Program-made: the position numbers and the translations under genes
NCBI GenBank assembly: GCA_019057385.1
Contig: JAHQJS010000004.1
Location: 805,062 to 869,061, forward strand
Direction: 5' to 3'
Length of the DNA stretch: 64,000 bases
Source: Candidatus Borrarchaeum weybense
GTDB taxonomy: Archaea; Asgardarchaeota; Sifarchaeia; Borrarchaeales; Borrarchaeaceae
The notes under the pieces: model-generated
The model's database searches: none
The model's input: only the letters and a program-made list of their open reading frames with translations
What the model was told of the DNA's origin: nothing
In this document: positions 8,765 through 18,606 of the stretch, piece after piece
Numbering within the stretch: position 1 is the stretch's first letter
Layout: the number at the start of each line of letters is the position of its first letter

Positions 8765-9358
8765 ATGGGGCTTCAACCACATGAGTGGTTAATGCGGTTA
8801 ATTCTTGCTGGTGTAGTATCTGGTGTTTGCACGGTCTTAGCTATATTTGCAGTCATTACAGTGCCTGTGCCTGTTGCACCGGGTGTGAGTGCATTCTATA
8901 TTGCAGCGGCGGTATATGTTCCCTTTGCACTTTGGTTTGGGATATGGGGTGGACCAATTGCAGGTTTTGTCAGTTGTTTCATTCTAGGGATTTATAGCGG
9001 ATTCCCCTTATGGTTTAGTGCTTTATGGGCAGTAGCTGATATCATTGAAGGTGCTGTTCCCTTGATAGCGTTTAGAACCTTTAGAGCCGATCCCGATTTA
9101 CGTGAGAGTGAAAACAAAGGGAAATCATGGGCAATGTATTTAATCTTTGGTGTAATCCTTTCCTCTCTTCTCTCTGCATTGTGGGGTGGCTATACCCTTG
9201 CATGGTTCCTAGGCTTACCACCTGCAGCAGCGTATATTGTCTTCCTTGGATGGTTCTTAGGAGATATCATTGTTTTAGCTGTGATTGCTACGCCCATGTT
9301 GTACTTCTTAACTAAGCCAATAAAAAGAAGCCAGATCTATATCGAGGGCTATATTTAA
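8765..9358 (+). CDS. Probable ECF transporter substrate-binding (S) component
   Basis: 197-aa, roughly 6-TM protein heading an operon with EcfT and EcfAA; GAGGTGA RBS. Confidence 0.7.
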   Translation: MGLQPHEWLMRLILAGVVSGVCTVLAIFAVITVPVPVAPGVSAFYIAAAVYVPFALWFGIWGGPIAGFVSCFILGIYSGFPLWFSALWAVADIIEGAVPLIAFRTFRADPDLRESENKGKSWAMYLIFGVILSSLLSALWGGYTLAWFLGLPPAAAYIVFLGWFLGDIIVLAVIATPMLYFLTKPIKRSQIYIEGYI

Positions 9359-9360
9359 AA

Positions 9361-9380
9361 CCCCCTCTACCTTTTTTTTT
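9361..9380 (+). terminator. Oligo-T internal terminator after the ECF S gene
   Basis: CCCCCTCTACCTTTTTTTTT directly after the stop codon. Confidence 0.4.
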
Positions 9381-9395
9381 AGAGGAGATACAAAA

Positions 9396-10301
9396 ATGTC
9401 ATCACGTTCATTCTTCTTGTATATCTCAAAAGATTCGTTTATGCATAAACTGAACCCTTTAACGAAGCTAGCATTAGTACTTGTCATTAGCTTAGTTCCC
9501 TATCTTATTGAAGATTTACTTGGACGACTTGTTGTTGTGCTACTTGGAATATTTTTATTGGGTGTTTCAAAAGTACAGATAGGTGTTATGAAAAAATTCC
9601 TTGTAGGACTAGTTTTAATGCTCAATACAATTTTTCTCGGCTTTCTTTTGTTTAGTCATATTGAGGGCTCAATAATTTTAGTGGATACAACCGTCATAGA
9701 TACTGTTTTCTTGTTGTGGCCACTTGAATGGGCGATCTTTATAACAGAGAACACAATTATTCATTCTATAAAAATTTATTTAAGGGTTCTAGCTATGTCT
9801 ATCCTCACTATTTTCTTTTTCACAACAACAAAAGATCGAGATATCATCTATAGTTTACGGTTATTGAAGATACCTTACGCTATAATATTTGTTCTTGTGG
9901 TTACACTTCGATCGATGAGTATGTTTGTCGATGACTTCTTTACGATTCGAGATGCAAATATTTGCAAAGGCGTTGATTTTAACAGAGGAAACCCAATCTC
10001 TCGTATAAAGAAATATTTATCTTTAATCAATCCTTTAGTGATGTTCCTCATCAAACGGATCGAAGAAATGACCTTTGCAGCAACAAGTAAGGGCTATATA
10101 ATTAAGGGACAACGTTCTTATTATTGGACTTATCCTTTTAAGAAAGCAGATTATTTTATTCTTGTTCTCGTTGTTACTTTCTTCGGAATCTTTTTCTTTG
10201 GATTTCTCTTCGATATAACAGTCACTCAGATTTTGCTTATGGTATCTGAGCGCGTATCATGGCTAAATGGTGGTATACCGTGGTTAAAGAAATTATCATA
10301 G
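9396..10301 (+). CDS. ecfT: ECF transporter transmembrane T component
   Basis: DSFMHKLNPLTKL, FFFTTT, LRLLKIP CbiQ/EcfT motifs. Confidence 0.88.
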   Translation: MSSRSFFLYISKDSFMHKLNPLTKLALVLVISLVPYLIEDLLGRLVVVLLGIFLLGVSKVQIGVMKKFLVGLVLMLNTIFLGFLLFSHIEGSIILVDTTVIDTVFLLWPLEWAIFITENTIIHSIKIYLRVLAMSILTIFFFTTTKDRDIIYSLRLLKIPYAIIFVLVVTLRSMSMFVDDFFTIRDANICKGVDFNRGNPISRIKKYLSLINPLVMFLIKRIEEMTFAATSKGYIIKGQRSYYWTYPFKKADYFILVLVVTFFGIFFFGFLFDITVTQILLMVSERVSWLNGGIPWLKKLS

Positions 10302-11974
10302 AAGATGTCTGGTGGAAATATAAAGCAAGTGAAGACTGGGTTCTCAAAGGTATTTCACTTCAAGTTGAAAAAGGTCAATTTTATGGTATTATGGGACCTT
10401 CAGGTGTTGGAAAATCTACTCTTTGCCTTTGCCTTAATGGAATAATACCACAAGCTGCAAAAGGTGAGTTCAAGGGTCGAGTGAAAATCGGGGAGATGGA
10501 TACCTCTGAGGACTATATCTCTGAATTTATTGGAAAGGTTGGTCTAGTTTCACAGGATCCTGATTCACAATTTATAATGATGTCCGTTGAGGATGAATTA
10601 GTTTCTCCACTTGAAAATTTAAACCTCTCACGCGATGAAATCGCAGAAAGAATCGAATGGGTTGCAGATTTAGTGGATATAAAACATTTGCTCAAAAAAT
10701 ACCCTCATGAACTCTCTGGAGGACAAAAGCAACGAATTGCAATCGCTTCATTTCTTGCAATGCGACCTGAAATATTGGTTCTAGACGAACCAACGTCTGA
10801 TTTAGACCCAGTTGGGAAGGAATCCGTGTTTTCAATTGTGGAATCTTTGAGAACGGAAACTGATCTCACTATTGTAATGGTTGAGCATGATAGCGAAAAA
10901 CTAGCAAAATTTGCTGATCGAATTGCAGTTATTAATGATGGAACGATTATTTTAGATGATGATACGGATCACGTCTTTCAAGAATATGAAAAACTACGTC
11001 ACAATGGCATAGTGCTACCTCAAGCTGCTGATGCCTATCTACAAACCTTTGGTCTAAAAGAAGATCGTCTTCTTGTTGAATACGATAGGATTCTTAATGA
11101 ATTCAGAAATGCTTTTAGCCAAGGCAAATTAAGTTTTACTGCTCCTTGCAATACTATTCTCGAAAAAAGTGGAAATGAAGTAATTGATTTCAATGATGTA
11201 GATTTCCACTATCCCGATGGCACAAAAGCTGCAGAGCAGATAAACCTGCAGATACATGATGGAGAATATGTTGCGATTATAGGTCAAAATGGATCTGGGA
11301 AAACAACCTTAGCAAAGCTTTTGAAAGGTTTGCTAAAACCCACTAACGGAAAGGTAACTGTCTTTGGCACAGATACCTCGAAAGTTTCTGCGACTAAGAT
11401 TACACAGGTTGGTTACTGTTTTCAGAATCCAGATCACCAATTATCACGATATGATGTTCGTGAAGAACTTGAATTTGGTCCTAAGAATCTAAAACTTGAA
11501 AAAGATGAAATAGAAAGACGTGTTGATGATGTTTTGAATGTTATTGGGCTACAAAACTTTGCAAATGAATATCCCTTTTTCCTAGGGAAGGGACAAAGAA
11601 GAAGGCTTGCTGTTGGCACAATTCTGACAATGCAGCCAAAAGTAGTGATAGTCGACGAACCGACTACTGGCCAAGATTTTCTTCAATCTAAGGAAATCAT
11701 GGAATTGCTCGATAGACTTAATGAAAAAGGGCGTACGATTATTGTTATAACTCATAATATGCGACTGGTCGCCGAACACGCAAAACGAACAATCATCATG
11801 CATGAAGGAAAAATTATTGCAGATGGTCCCACTTCTGAAGTCTTCTCCAAAAGAGCTATCTTAGAACAGACACATTTGAATGTTCCCGAAATTACAAATT
11901 TAGCCATAGATTTGACATCTTGTGCAAATGTTATGACAGTAGAACAATTCCTTTCCGGATTAGTGCAATCGTAA
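10259..11974 (+). CDS. ecfA: ECF transporter duplicated ATPase
   Basis: Two ABC cassettes: GPSGVGKS/LSGGQ/LDEPT and GQNGSGKT/LGKGQ/VDEPT, with QDPDSQ and QNPDHQ Q-loops. Confidence 0.93.
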   Translation: MAKWWYTVVKEIIIEDVWWKYKASEDWVLKGISLQVEKGQFYGIMGPSGVGKSTLCLCLNGIIPQAAKGEFKGRVKIGEMDTSEDYISEFIGKVGLVSQDPDSQFIMMSVEDELVSPLENLNLSRDEIAERIEWVADLVDIKHLLKKYPHELSGGQKQRIAIASFLAMRPEILVLDEPTSDLDPVGKESVFSIVESLRTETDLTIVMVEHDSEKLAKFADRIAVINDGTIILDDDTDHVFQEYEKLRHNGIVLPQAADAYLQTFGLKEDRLLVEYDRILNEFRNAFSQGKLSFTAPCNTILEKSGNEVIDFNDVDFHYPDGTKAAEQINLQIHDGEYVAIIGQNGSGKTTLAKLLKGLLKPTNGKVTVFGTDTSKVSATKITQVGYCFQNPDHQLSRYDVREELEFGPKNLKLEKDEIERRVDDVLNVIGLQNFANEYPFFLGKGQRRRLAVGTILTMQPKVVIVDEPTTGQDFLQSKEIMELLDRLNEKGRTIIVITHNMRLVAEHAKRTIIMHEGKIIADGPTSEVFSKRAILEQTHLNVPEITNLAIDLTSCANVMTVEQFLSGLVQS

Positions 11975-12121
11975 ATGTTTTGGAAAACGGACTTCTAAAG
12001 ATATTAAAATGGAACTACAGCACTTGACGCAAGCGCTATGTAAAAGTTACCTCGTTGTGCTCTATTTCTACAATAGAAGTGTAAATAAGCAACTGATTTT
12101 CTAAAAAGTAAGAGAATGATA

Positions 12122-12163
12122 GTGACATCCTCCCCACCCTTTCGGATGGGGACTTCCCGCCGC
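12122..12163 (-). mobile_element. 42-bp IS200/IS605-derived palindromic mini-element (PATE-like)
   Basis: Minus strand TTAT|GCGGCGGGAAGTCCCCATCCGAAAGGGTGGGGAGGATGTCAC: single hairpin, TTAT 5' flank, TCAC end. Confidence 0.7.
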
Positions 12164-12213
12164 ATAAGTTAAAATCCTTCAAAAACTAACTGAAAAAAGG
12201 AGATACAAAATAA

Positions 12214-12642
12214 ATGAGGGAAATCTTTTCTGAAATAGAAATAAAGGCAAAACCCGCAAAAGTATGGGAGATTCTCGTTGATTTTGCATCGTATCCAGAA
12301 TGGAACCCATTTGTGCGCAAGATTGAAGGTGAACTGGCCGTTGGTTCTACACTTGAAGTCACTATACAAGTACCAAACAGAGATATCATGACCTTTAATC
12401 CAGTAGTGGTCAAAGCAAATCCCAATGAAGAATTTCGTTGGAAGAGCAAAATGTGGGCTAGATTCCTATTTGCAGGCGAGCATTATTTTATTCTAGAACC
12501 CGTCGGGGAAGAATCTACAAAATTGATACAAGGTGAAAAGTTTACTGGCATTTTGGTGCCATTTCTTGCGAAACCGTCAAATGAGGCTCCACTCGGCTTT
12601 ATTGAGTTTAACAGAGCAATAAAAGAGAGAAGTGAAAAATAA
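12214..12642 (+). CDS. SRPBCC (START/polyketide cyclase-like) protein
   Basis: IEIKAKPAKVWEILVDFASYPEWNPF, FAGEHYF, QGEKFTG. Confidence 0.88.
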   Translation: MREIFSEIEIKAKPAKVWEILVDFASYPEWNPFVRKIEGELAVGSTLEVTIQVPNRDIMTFNPVVVKANPNEEFRWKSKMWARFLFAGEHYFILEPVGEESTKLIQGEKFTGILVPFLAKPSNEAPLGFIEFNRAIKERSEK

Positions 12643-12984
12643 TTATTCTAGTAAAATTCTGTCATCAATTCTGCCTGAAAATAAGGTTTTCAAAATATTT
12701 CAAGTAGAATCTTGTATATGAAAGATAACCCGAGAGGTTCATCACCTTCGATGATGAGGATGGAAAATTGATCTACGCAACTATATAGTCACTTTTAAAT
12801 GAATGGGTTGCAGATTTAGTTTGAATAAAACATTTGACTTTGCGTATTGAAACAGGTCTATTTTTGATGATTTATAGTATTATGAATACTTCTTGAAAAG
12901 ATTAATTAGCAAGTTTTGCGACGTATTGCTTAAGATAGATTTTCATAACACCTATGATATAAATATGGATCGAGGATGTAATCT

Positions 12985-14133
12985 ATGGAAGGAGAAGGAG
13001 AAGAAGCCCAGTCGCCAAATAAACGTGCAAAAACGGAATTAGAAGATGTAATTAATCCAGTCCTAGAGAAAATCAAAAGAGGAAGTTTTGTAGAAGAATC
13101 GGTGTCAGATTTAGAAAAGGAAAAATTAATATCGGATCTCCCAGAAAAAGGATTAATAGAGGTAGATCATGCAGAAATATGCAAGGAACTTATGAAAGTA
13201 CGCGGAATTGGTCAAAAAACCGCTAAAAAACTAGTAAAATTAAATATTAATTCAATTGAAGAATTAGCCGCGCTTAAAGAAGATAAGATATCTAAGACAA
13301 TGAAAGTTTCAATAAAATCGTTTAATGATTTAATCAAAAATGCACGAAAACATCTTGGAAGAGAAATTAAAGAAGAACTAAAGAAAAAATTGGAAAAAGT
13401 AAAGCTAGAATCACTAGAGGAAGAATATTCAGAAGTAATAATGATATCACCCTTAAAAGAAAAATTAGACCAAGTTAAAATGACTATGAAAGAAGATGGT
13501 GAATTCTTTTATGATGAACTTGCAAAATATTTGGGTGAAATTACTAAATTAAAGAATGATTCTAAGACACTTAAAGATTGGGTTCACAAAATTGATAAGA
13601 AATTAAATGATATTTTAGCAGAAAAGGACTACAAAAGCGATCTTGATCTTGCAGAAATTGAAATGGTTGAGTCAGACAATACACCTTCTGGGTCAATATC
13701 TATCGATACCTTAGAAACTGCACGTTCGAATGCAAAAGAATTAAATTCACTCGATCAAGAGGACGATAACGCAGTAATAATTATAGATACTTCAGAAAAA
13801 TCGAGTTCAAGTTCAGTGGTCTCAACCGATCAGACTGGTTCCGAAACAGGGTCAGTGTTAAATGAGCAACCAGAACCCAAGTTAATTTCGCATAATGAAA
13901 TCATGGAAAGATTAGACGATGTGGGAATAATTCGAGGGGTCAATGAATATTATTATAGAGTCTGCGAAATCCTAGTTGACCAAAATCCACAAGAAATAAA
14001 ATATGACGCTCTTGTGGATAAATCAAATTTATATCCTCATGCATTTTCACAAATTATTTTTGATTTAACGACTAAAAAGATTATAGATTTCGATGTAAAA
14101 ACGGAAATAATTCGCTTTTGGACTGAAAAATAA
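12985..14133 (+). CDS. Helix-hairpin-helix domain protein with coiled coil and possible C-terminal wHTH
   Basis: LMKVRGIGQKTAKKLVKLNINSIEELA HhH motif. Confidence 0.65.
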   Translation: MEGEGEEAQSPNKRAKTELEDVINPVLEKIKRGSFVEESVSDLEKEKLISDLPEKGLIEVDHAEICKELMKVRGIGQKTAKKLVKLNINSIEELAALKEDKISKTMKVSIKSFNDLIKNARKHLGREIKEELKKKLEKVKLESLEEEYSEVIMISPLKEKLDQVKMTMKEDGEFFYDELAKYLGEITKLKNDSKTLKDWVHKIDKKLNDILAEKDYKSDLDLAEIEMVESDNTPSGSISIDTLETARSNAKELNSLDQEDDNAVIIIDTSEKSSSSSVVSTDQTGSETGSVLNEQPEPKLISHNEIMERLDDVGIIRGVNEYYYRVCEILVDQNPQEIKYDALVDKSNLYPHAFSQIIFDLTTKKIIDFDVKTEIIRFWTEK

Positions 14134-14287
14134 TAGATATCAACGCTTTTTAATTAAAAGACTCTTTTGTGAAAATAGATCTATCTCAAGAGTATTGTTA
14201 GTCACTAAAAAGTAACTTATAAAATCCGAGAGGTCCTACGCTTTCGAAGATTTGAATGAATGACAGATACAGGGAAGATAAAGGTGA

Positions 14288-14680
14288 TCAAATAGAAATC
14301 TTCAAATTCATATCTTTCTCAAGCAGTTTCCCTATTTCTTTTAGCCACTCATAAGCAGTTGTTTGTGCTTCTTCAAAACTACCAGCATCAAGATTTCGAG
14401 AAGTTCTTATTATAAGATTATAAGGTGCTCCCTCTTCAATTTTCTTTAATATACCTGAAAGAGAGCCGAACATATCGATATTACCATTAATTTCAGTCCA
14501 ATTGCCGTAGTAAGATTTCCGATTCTTAGTGGAGATGTTTTCAAGTTCAGGAACTTTGTTTAAAATGTTAATTAACTGTTTAGTATGCTTTTCGAGATCT
14601 AGTTCTTCATTTAGTTTTCCTTTCAGTGTTACTGTTGTCTCATAAATTGGCATAAGAATCCCCATAGCTATATTTTTCAA
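14288..14680 (-). CDS. Hypothetical protein (likely start MPIYE at 14653)
   Basis: 130-aa ORF with normal composition; no firm motif. Confidence 0.55.
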   Translation of the reverse strand: MKNIAMGILMPIYETTVTLKGKLNEELDLEKHTKQLINILNKVPELENISTKNRKSYYGNWTEINGNIDMFGSLSGILKKIEEGAPYNLIIRTSRNLDAGSFEEAQTTAYEWLKEIGKLLEKDMNLKISI

Positions 14681-14855
14681 AATATGAAGGTCTCACCTAA
14701 AGAGAAAGACGTACTAACCAAGGAGATATATACACCTTCTTATTAATGTATTTCATTTGTTACTAAAATTGTTTTGCGAAACTTTATCAATTTTATATGA
14801 AAACCTGATATAGCTAGTACGTTATCAGTGATTTTGAAGACGCTTAAGACAAGAA

Positions 14856-16940
14856 CTATATTTTAACGAGAACATACTTCTTTCTTATGTAAATTAATTC
14901 AACAAGAACAACAGTAAATGCAATAGTAGTTCCTGCGAGAACCCAAGAATGAATAAGTACGTTTTGATTTAAGTGAAGCACGTTTGAAGTTCCATAAATT
15001 TCATTGTAATTACTACTGTATACTTCAACTGGTGGTAGATCATAACCTTCAACATGGTATTTAAAAGGTATTTCTAGCTTATAACTAAGTGTTAGACTTT
15101 CTCTAGGTCCTAATTGTAATTTCTCCCATTTCAAGTCCTTTGAACCAATTATACTTGGAATTCGATCAATAACATTGAAGGTTGGCGTTGGTTCTATGCC
15201 TGAATTGTAAATTGTGACATTTATGAATATTGTTTGTCCTGGCATAACTGTAGAAGGAAAAGCGTTTTTCTCAATTTCAAGATGGTACGTCCATGTTAAC
15301 TCGTTTGCAAATGTCTGATCGAACTTAAGTGAAATTTCATTTGACTTAAGTGATATATCTCCATAAGATATTGTAGTAAAGGATACAGCATCATTTTTTA
15401 TAGCTACAACATATTCAATGGTAGCAGATTCTCCAGGAGTAAGCTTCGGGAGTGTAGTTCTTAAAATAGTTCCACTAGTAGTTGAATTCTCGGGAGTTCT
15501 TACGATAGTACCATACCATAAATCTTCAGAAATTTCAATATCTTTAATTTCGGTGTTTCCAACATTCTTTACATTCAGTCTTATTGTTGTCGTAGTGTTA
15601 CTGATGATCGATGCCTCACTTTCTTTTGTTATAACAAGCAAGGACGCATTTTCTCTTGTTGAGACTAAAATTTCATTTGAATATATCCTTTCTTCTGTCT
15701 GATCGTTGCTTTTATTTGTGCTTGCATAAGTAATTTGATCTGGTTTTATTAGAGTATCTATTCTTTGTTTTGAAAGTTTAAGAATATAAGAATATGTAAC
15801 ATTGTCTCCAGGCAATATTTTCTTCCAAGATTGCTCTGATGTAAAATTAGAATGAAGTTTTACTCCCTCTGGAATCTTGATGTCAATTTCGACATCATAA
15901 GCTGTATCTATCCCAACATTTTCTATCACTGTTTCCACAATAATTTGGTCACTAGATTCTACCAAATATTGATTGACAGTCTTTGTTGCTCTGAGAATTG
16001 GAAACTTCTTCATTGTATAATTAGCTTTTAGATACGAGATTGATTTAATTTTTTCAGGAAAAGAAAAACTATAGATGTTTTCAGTTTTCGTACCTGGATA
16101 TTTTGGAAGAATTTCATCTTCAACTATTTTACCTGGAAAGAAAATAGAGATGGTTGATTTGTCCGACTGTTCATATCTGTAAATCTGATCATCTAGTTGC
16201 ATTACTTCTCCTAAATCGAATAAATGTTTCCCCTCAATGACTGGTATCGCTTTGGAATCTAATAACGATGTAATTTCTATAAATGATTGAAAATAAGGAG
16301 ACGCATCAGATTTAGGTCGTAAGAAAAGATGTATTTGAGAAAAACGAGCTGTTTGGATCATTTCTTCTGTAAATAGTGCTCCAAAAGACGTGTCTGGAAG
16401 AATCTCTTGAAACGTTTTTAGAACGGCAGAATAGTCAACGTTGGTTACATTAAAAGAGGAAAATATCAGTGTTCCACCTGATTGTTTTGTATTTCCATGA
16501 ATTTCTACTTCCACACCAAATTGTTGCTCAATTAAGTAGTTAATTATTCGTGCCCTGTCTTTTGCCTCATCATCTTCTATTGATGAATAAGCAACTTCAC
16601 TCCATAAACCTAATGTTGGACCTAGTCCTTCACCACCCTCTTTTCCACCTTGATTAGTTGAGAAGTAAATATGCAAATCACGCATTTTATAAAGTGACGT
16701 TATTTGAGGATCAAAACCAGAAATTGCCAATCTATTACTATCAAAGGATGCAGAAATTCTTATTGAGTCTCTATAGAGATTTACTTGAAGATTTTCATAA
16801 TAATAAAACGAATCTGAGGTTGCTAAAGTCGGCTCTGGAATTACTAATGGAACAAGAAGAAGAATACATATTACAAAGAGAATTCTTTTTCTTATCACTA
16901 TCACGTCCATCAAGTAAGAATCATTACTTTGCCACAGCAA
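14856..16940 (-). CDS. Membrane-anchored surface protein with DUF11/Ig-like repeats
   Basis: Signal peptide, three K...V.V.N.G...L.PGE Ig-like repeats, C-terminal TM helix plus basic tail. Confidence 0.75.
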   Translation of the reverse strand: MLWQSNDSYLMDVIVIRKRILFVICILLLVPLVIPEPTLATSDSFYYYENLQVNLYRDSIRISASFDSNRLAISGFDPQITSLYKMRDLHIYFSTNQGGKEGGEGLGPTLGLWSEVAYSSIEDDEAKDRARIINYLIEQQFGVEVEIHGNTKQSGGTLIFSSFNVTNVDYSAVLKTFQEILPDTSFGALFTEEMIQTARFSQIHLFLRPKSDASPYFQSFIEITSLLDSKAIPVIEGKHLFDLGEVMQLDDQIYRYEQSDKSTISIFFPGKIVEDEILPKYPGTKTENIYSFSFPEKIKSISYLKANYTMKKFPILRATKTVNQYLVESSDQIIVETVIENVGIDTAYDVEIDIKIPEGVKLHSNFTSEQSWKKILPGDNVTYSYILKLSKQRIDTLIKPDQITYASTNKSNDQTEERIYSNEILVSTRENASLLVITKESEASIISNTTTTIRLNVKNVGNTEIKDIEISEDLWYGTIVRTPENSTTSGTILRTTLPKLTPGESATIEYVVAIKNDAVSFTTISYGDISLKSNEISLKFDQTFANELTWTYHLEIEKNAFPSTVMPGQTIFINVTIYNSGIEPTPTFNVIDRIPSIIGSKDLKWEKLQLGPRESLTLSYKLEIPFKYHVEGYDLPPVEVYSSNYNEIYGTSNVLHLNQNVLIHSWVLAGTTIAFTVVLVELIYIRKKYVLVKI

Positions 16941-17560
16941 CTCGTCTTAGTTATTTAAACGTTTTTCTTCTACATTTTTAACATCTTAAAGTATATACTC
17001 AACGTTTTATTAGGTGCAAATAGGATATGCGCAATGAGTTTTATTTTCATCTTTTATAAATCCACTTTTAGCTTTTATGTACGTAAAGCTGTGAATTTTT
17101 AACTGAGTATGTTTATTATATATTCAGACTCAACAATCAACTGGTGTTATATATGATCTGTCGGAGGGTACATGAACTCCAACAATTTGGAGATTCATTT
17201 AGATTGTGAAATAATAAGAGATGGATCATGTATCATCATCTTACGCATTCTTTGGATTTTTGGTAAGCGAGGAGCGTTCAAAACCTCTGATGACGCTGGT
17301 AAACAAAACCGCTGTAAGAAATTTTAGAGACTTTTGTCTAGTCTTTCCACATCTAAAGGAGGCTCTTAAACTTGGCTAAAAAAAACAGCACAAAGAGAAA
17401 TCGTAAAAGAGTTGGATTCCATGATTTCGTGGCAGAAATGTTAGACGGTAGTTTTATAGAGTCTGAGAAGGAAGAGGATAACTAAAAATTCCCTTCTTCT
17501 TTTTATTTAATCTTTAGTTTTCTTAGTCGCATATTTCATATATACCAAAACTGTTGCTGC

Positions 17561-18472
17561 TTAAAACATACACATTTCTTTATACGCGCTATATCGCTGC
17601 TCTATTTCCTCCAGAGTAAGATCTAATAATTTCTTTACACTGAATTCTTCCACTACAAAACTGCCAATTATATGTCCGTACGCCATCGCCTCTTTTATCT
17701 TATTAATAGAAATACTTTTTTCGTTCTTAGTACTCCGTGCAATATGTCCTAAAAAGCCTCCAGCAAAAGCGTCGCCGGCTCCTGTTGGATCTACAATCTC
17801 CTCTAAGGGATAACCTGATGAGGGAAATATTCCATCTTTTGATACCAGTAATGCCCCATGTTCTCCTTTTTTAATAATAACATGTTTTGTGTTTGTTCCC
17901 CATTCCAAAAGGGTTTTACCGCCCTTTAACAGATTAGGAGTGCCACACAACAATCTTGTTTCTTCATCATTCAAAATAACAACATCAACTTTAGACATCA
18001 CTTCGAGGGTTTCATCCTTCATGGTTTCAATCCATAACTCAATGGTATCACAGGCTGTAAGTCTCGGCGATTTTATTTTCTTCAACAATTCTAAATTCTG
18101 AGTGGGTTCATTTGTTCCTAAATAGACAAACTCAGCGTCCTTATATGCTTCTGGTAGTGAGGGGGTGAAATCTTCCATAACTCCAAGGTGTGTTTTTGTA
18201 TTATAACGTTTGCAAAGACTGTAATCATAGGTCGATTCAAACCGAAACGTCTTACCTTCCTCTATTTTCAAACCGCGAAGATCTAAACGCTCGTCTAAAA
18301 TATCATAATAATCCTTTGGGAAATCTGTCCCAATAACTCCAACAATCCCTGTCTCCTCAAAAAGACTAGAAGCGAGAGAAAAATTCACTATAGCTCCACC
18401 TAACACCTCTTGAACTGTATCGAATGGCGTTGTGGTCGTATCCAGTGCTAGCGATCCAATTCCAACTATCAT
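17561..18472 (-). CDS. PfkB-family sugar/nucleoside kinase
   Basis: GSLALD, LGGA, DPTGAGDAFAGG signature. Confidence 0.92.
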   Translation of the reverse strand: MIVGIGSLALDTTTTPFDTVQEVLGGAIVNFSLASSLFEETGIVGVIGTDFPKDYYDILDERLDLRGLKIEEGKTFRFESTYDYSLCKRYNTKTHLGVMEDFTPSLPEAYKDAEFVYLGTNEPTQNLELLKKIKSPRLTACDTIELWIETMKDETLEVMSKVDVVILNDEETRLLCGTPNLLKGGKTLLEWGTNTKHVIIKKGEHGALLVSKDGIFPSSGYPLEEIVDPTGAGDAFAGGFLGHIARSTKNEKSISINKIKEAMAYGHIIGSFVVEEFSVKKLLDLTLEEIEQRYSAYKEMCMF

Positions 18473-18606
18473 CTTATACTACCAAAGAATGCTACCTGTA
18501 AAAAGGTGGGGAATACGAGAATAAACTATCCTATATATATACCTTTTTTTGTATGTATTTTAAAGGACGTTTTATTTTAAATTAATTAAAAGTGATCTTA
18601 TATTTT

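Noticed and set aside
17100-17480. Possible decayed omegaRNA or IS remnant in a long intergenic region
   Set aside because: Only vague similarity to right-end motifs; boundaries and pairing cannot be supported.
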